DNA of 55,238 bases, filler included, from Sphacelaria rigidula (Eukaryota), in NCBI GenBank assembly GCA_964200075.2. It is 5 parts of 5 records of this genome, joined end to end, with 100 filler letters (N's around TTAATTAATTAA, not from the genome) between each part and the next. Parts side by side here need not be neighbours in the genome. Positions count along the whole stretch, not along the records: positions 44,273 to 55,238 come from CAXNAA020005614.1; 4 more parts are not named here. One strand, written 5' to 3'. A program made the translations under genes and the position numbers. Positions 51,131-55,238 of this stretch are shown here, piece after piece (positions within the stretch are counted from its first letter, which is position 1; each line of letters starts with the position of its first letter). The notes under the pieces were generated by a model, which made no database searches, had not been told where the DNA came from, and was given only the letters and a program-made list of their open reading frames with translations.

Positions 51131-51631
51131 AGAGGGCAACGGGCAACGGTTGAGAAGTCGAACCCTTTTAAATGACACTAAATACGTTTCTCAGACGAAC
51201 CTGGTTCTGTAGCTAATTGGTCCATCTGTACCCGACCCGTGTTCAACAACATGTTGCTGACACCAGTTGAAACCCATCCAATCAAATAAAAGAGGAACTG
51301 CCACGTGGTTCAACAGCTGGCGACAGTTCAACTTCGATTCGAATGGATAGCCCGGAACAACGCCACCGCCGATTGAAGTTTTATTTGACCTAGGCTATTA
51401 ATGCTGTCTGACGCTGTAAGAAAACGTTAGTGCAGCGGACGCACGTGGGTGCAAAAACAAGTGATCGTGTTTCGTCCTTGAACCGTATCGACAAAAATCC
51501 CCGCCGCCTAATATCACCCGCACCTGTTTTTTTCGTCACCCCCACCCCTCATTATCCAGCGCCTCTCCCTTTCTCCACCTCATTCTCCGGGTGTGGGTCA
51601 GCGTTTCTCCCTCTCGTGCGCGCCCAGAGTT

Positions 51632-54600
51632 ATGGCGGCGGAAGACAAGCCTGCTGCTGCAGGCGTAAGCAAACTGCTCGACCCCTTTTCTCTCTGCCCT
51701 AGAAAGATCCCATAGGTAAATTGCAGAGAGAGTCGGGCTTGAAAACGTTGGAGGCATTGATAGAGAAAGACGGGCTTAGTGATGCATACGCTCCTGTTGT
51801 TGTGTTAAACGAAGCTCTCCCTTCCGATATCGACCTCGAAGATCATCTGGGAAACGCGACGACAACCTTCAGGATTCTGGATGGCAACCACCGGACGGGT
51901 GCCGTGCACAACATCGACCGCAGGCACGGCACGGACACGGCGATCATGGTTCAAGTCCACCGTCAGATGTCTCCTGCAACGGAGAGGATGGTTGCTCAAG
52001 GTGGGCTGGCATGAGTATTTTGTTTTGCTTCCTCTTTTTGTCTTGATATTCCGATTTCGCTTAGGGACCTTGGCACGAGGGACATCTAGCCATAGCTCTG
52101 CACCGCAGTCAGCTGCGAAGTGTACAGAATTGAGTGTCGCAGGCTGTGCGGCATAATTACGGGGGAGCAACGGCCGAATTGGCATTTGCGCTTATAGTCT
52201 GTTGTGCCGCGGCCGCACAGTGGTGGTGCTGCACCAATTGTGGTCGTACAAGAACGCATGTCGTACTGTAGGCGCGCCGTGCCTGAGATGGCGCGCAGAC
52301 GAGACCTCCGGCGCGCCAAGGCGTCGCGCTTGTAGAAAACGTCAAAGTCCCGGCTCAGATTGTTGTATCCTAAAAGGAAATGAACCGGTTATCGACAGAA
52401 AAACGCGATTTCACTGTTCAAATTGAATATGTCTTCCATTAAATTTTGATTCGATATAAATCGTGTATAGGTGGGGACTCTAACGTTCCCCCATCTTCTG
52501 TTATTATTATCCTTGTACGTTATTGGTGATCTAAATTTCGGAACAGATTTTCCTCTCACATTTTGGTCGACAACTCATTGGAAAACAAGATGTCGAGGAG
52601 GGATGATGGGGACTTCATGAATTACCTCATGCGCATCGTGTCAGAATTTTGTGAAAAAATACTTGAAGTCATACAGCATAACCAGGTTTCATTTTTTCGT
52701 GACATGATCTTTCGTCTGTTCTCTCGAATCTTTTTTCTGCATCAAGCTTGAACCGAATCGCCGCTACTTTGGTCAAGCGCTTGTTGGTCGATCAGATGAG
52801 GTGGTACAGGACCATCATGAGGGCTGTCCAGCAGGGTCAAGGCTCTTCGCTTACCGTTAACCAGCTCTGCACTCTCGTCAGGAAGGAGTTCATAAAAGCA
52901 AGTGAGCATTCGCGTGTTGCCTACAAGCCACTTGACCACACTCGTGCGCGTGCCACGCGATTTGTGAATACTTTCCTACTGTCGCCGTGAGACACTCAAA
53001 AACGTTGGGATCACTCACTGTCGTCGTCGTCTGTAGCAGCGGTTGATAATCCACCCCTTCTGGGGTCAAATTGTAGATGACTCTGGGTGAGACTAAGGCC
53101 GCTTCTTACAGGCTTAAAAAAGAGTCTCTGACAAGAGTCGTTTTGGTCAGTCTCCAGAGACGTTTCTCAGAACAATCTCTTACACGGACATTTTTCATTA
53201 AAAAAAAACTGTGGAAACTGTCCGAAATTTGCAGGGAGCGGGATTTTGCCAAATCTCTCTGCGGAAAGCCATCGATTCGCAAATACTTTTTTCTGTTAGG
53301 GAATTGTAGTTGCACAAAACATTCCTCGCACATTGCACCCATAACGTACAGTCAGGGCTCCATCACATACTCCTCCCATACAAGCGTTGTACAGTCAGTG
53401 CAAAAGTAGCTATGCATGTTGTATGTACAGTATCGTGGCAACAGCATCACTGCTGCAACACGCGATGCATCCTCTTCATGACCGCAGGTCAGATAGTACA
53501 GACAGTACAGCGCTTTTTGCCGGCAGCGTTACCACCGTAAAATAGCACGAAGTCACCCCTACTGGCTGTGTTAACTGCTCGTATCGTTTCATGCTAGTCG
53601 TGCCCGCCACCGCTTGCAGACTCTGTAGTAGTCTGTGTACTGAGGGGCTTGCTACCGCACTGCTAACCGTCGCTTGAATTTGTTGTGTGCAGCGTGGGAC
53701 AAACCGTCTGCTGCGCAACACATTATCCCGACACGACTACAGCACCAAGCGGCGATCGGCTGAGGCAAGGGTTGATGCGCCTATTATTTCGTTCCCTATT
53801 ATACCGATAGCTACTGTGCGTGTGCATGTGCGTGTGTGTGAGTGTGTGTGCCTATGTGTGTGTTGTCATCCTATCTATCCTGTACCTCGATGGGATTGTC
53901 TACGTGTTGGCTTACCTCAGGTGGCTCAAGCACGAAATGCAAATGATGACCACCACCACCGTCTGCACGCAGGCTAGATGATGGCCTCGGGTGTACAAAT
54001 CCCCAGGATTTTTTCAAAGTCTGAGAGGTGGGGTTCTGAAAACTGATTTCTCTGAAAAACGTCTCTAAGGATAGTCGTCCAGAAACTTTTTTCAGCCTAT
54101 AAGAAGCGGCCTAAAGTAGCTGAAGCACCGTGTCTTGAACTCCAGGGTCCACTCGAATGCATTATACTCGGCGCTGTGACCACTTTCCTCCGTTGTTCTC
54201 TCGGCCAACAGCAAGAGGACAAGCCGCCTGTCAACAAAGCCCTCACGAAGTACATCAACATCGCCACCAACTTCAAGGAGGCCGCGCTTGACGTGTTCTT
54301 GGACTTCAGCTATCTCAACGGCCGCGACGACAAGCACCCGGACGTCAAACGTTTCGACCGCAATAGAGTGACGCTCAAGATGGGTCGGCAGGCCGGAGTT
54401 TCTCAAAATGAAGGAGCACGAGCAGGAGGTATACATCTACCGCTTGGCAACGTACGGCTGGTTGTGCGTGCCTCTCTGGTTTTGTTACAGTCATGTGTTC
54501 AAACCTTCTAGCCGGCTTGATGGCACTCATGCTTGAGCTTTTCTTGTCGATCCAACACCTATTTTCGCAGAGCACGCCCGATGGGCGTCTGTCTGGCTTG

Positions 54601-54780
54601 AGCAATCGTTAGCTGTGCCTTCAAATCCGACGTTTGTCCATCTTTATTATTGTTGGCCACAAGCTGCGCCTTCGCACTTGAAGACACGCGTATTCTTACA
54701 TCCTGTATATCGACATGAAGACCCGAAATCTCTGGCCCCGTCGGCGTGTTGTCCATTTTCTACCTTTAACAACAAATTGT
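51632..54780 (+). CDS. Intron-containing ParB/sulfiredoxin-superfamily (DGNHR) protein, possibly pseudogenising
   Basis: ATG at 51632 (MAAEDKPAAAG|GTAAGC). Exon 51703-52000 reads KDPIGKLQRESGLKTLEALIEKDGLSDAYAPVVVLNE...FRILDGNHRTGAV...MVAQG, matching the ParB-N pattern L..LI...G....P.VV...(F/Y).I.DG.HR..A. Exon ~52746-52897/52901 reads LNRIAATLVKRLLVDQMRWYR. Exon 54212/54216-~54428+ reads EDKPPVNKALTKYINIATNFKEAALDVF. A possible further exon starts at 54571. Confidence 0.65.
53097..54111. mobile_element. PIF/Harbinger-type non-autonomous element (1015 bp) in an intron of the ParB-like gene
   Basis: TIRs GGCCGCTTCTTA(C/T)AGGCT(T/G)AAAAAAG, with a perfect TAA target-site duplication at 53094-96 and 54112-14. 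Confidence 0.88.
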
Positions 54781-54789
54781 GTGAATTAA

Positions 54790-55162
54790 GGTTTAACTCC
54801 GAAATGAGTTTCAAGCCTAAAACAGTGCTTTCCCCACACCTTCAGCGATGGTGCCCAATGACGTTTTTGTCGGCCGAACGCCCCACGATCGCGTAGATAC
54901 TTCTTCAGCGAAATTCGCCGACTCTGTGAGCTTGCAGCGCTGACCGAAACCGTCATTTTCCCGGATATTTCCCCCCTCAAAGAAGGGGGGAAATGACGGT
55001 TTCGGTCAGCGCTGCAAGCTCACAGAGTCGGTGAATTGCGCTGAAAAAGTATCTACTACGCGATCGAGGGGAATTCGGCCGATAAAAACGTCATTGAATA
55101 CCATCGTTGAAAGTGTGGGGAAAGTACTGTTTTAGGCTTGAACTTCATCTCAGAGTTAGACC
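54790..55162. mobile_element. Near-perfect fold-back MITE (Tourist/Harbinger-like), 373 bp
   Basis: Arms of ~170 bp (ggtttaactccgaaatg...cgtcatttt vs aaatgacgg...gagttagacc). The inner ~45 bp are perfectly complementary. The flanks are TAA/TCA. Confidence 0.85.
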
Positions 55163-55238
55163 TCAATTAACAGCCGATCCTAATTTCTGGGGTTGAACCA
55201 TAATATGAGGTTGAAGTCCCATCCCTCCATTGCAGGGA

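Noticed and set aside
52563-52751. ORF as an extra exon of the ParB-like gene
   Set aside because: Its splice phase is incompatible with the 52000 donor, and the sequence looks like intronic repeat DNA.

Overview
This is eukaryotic, intron-rich genomic DNA. The splice signals, intron sizes, (ATCA)n-tailed retroposon ends and MITE load suggest a brown alga (Phaeophyceae); that assignment is inferred. The window is not one locus. It is five unrelated contigs of 10970, 10968, 10967, 10967 and 10966 bp, in descending size order, joined by artificial 100-nt N/TTAATTAATTAA linkers. Contig 1 holds a spliced atypical protein kinase (HGD/DFG), exons of an unknown low-complexity protein, a hAT MITE and a possible LTR. 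Contig 2 holds a large disrupted Cys-rich, DUF6589-like putative transposase, a fold-back element and a Ty3/gypsy RT scrap. Contig 3 holds five in-frame exons of the ribosome quality control E3 ligase ZNF598/Hel2, with TE-filled introns. Contig 4 holds HSBP1 (three exons), a degenerate transposase relic and a composite hAT-like insertion inside a fold-back element. Contig 5 holds an intron-containing ParB/sulfiredoxin-superfamily (DGNHR) gene, head-to-head with a decayed gene built from duplicated exon-intron cassettes, plus Harbinger-type MITEs and a tRNA-derived SINE. Most ORFs in the supplied track are spurious.
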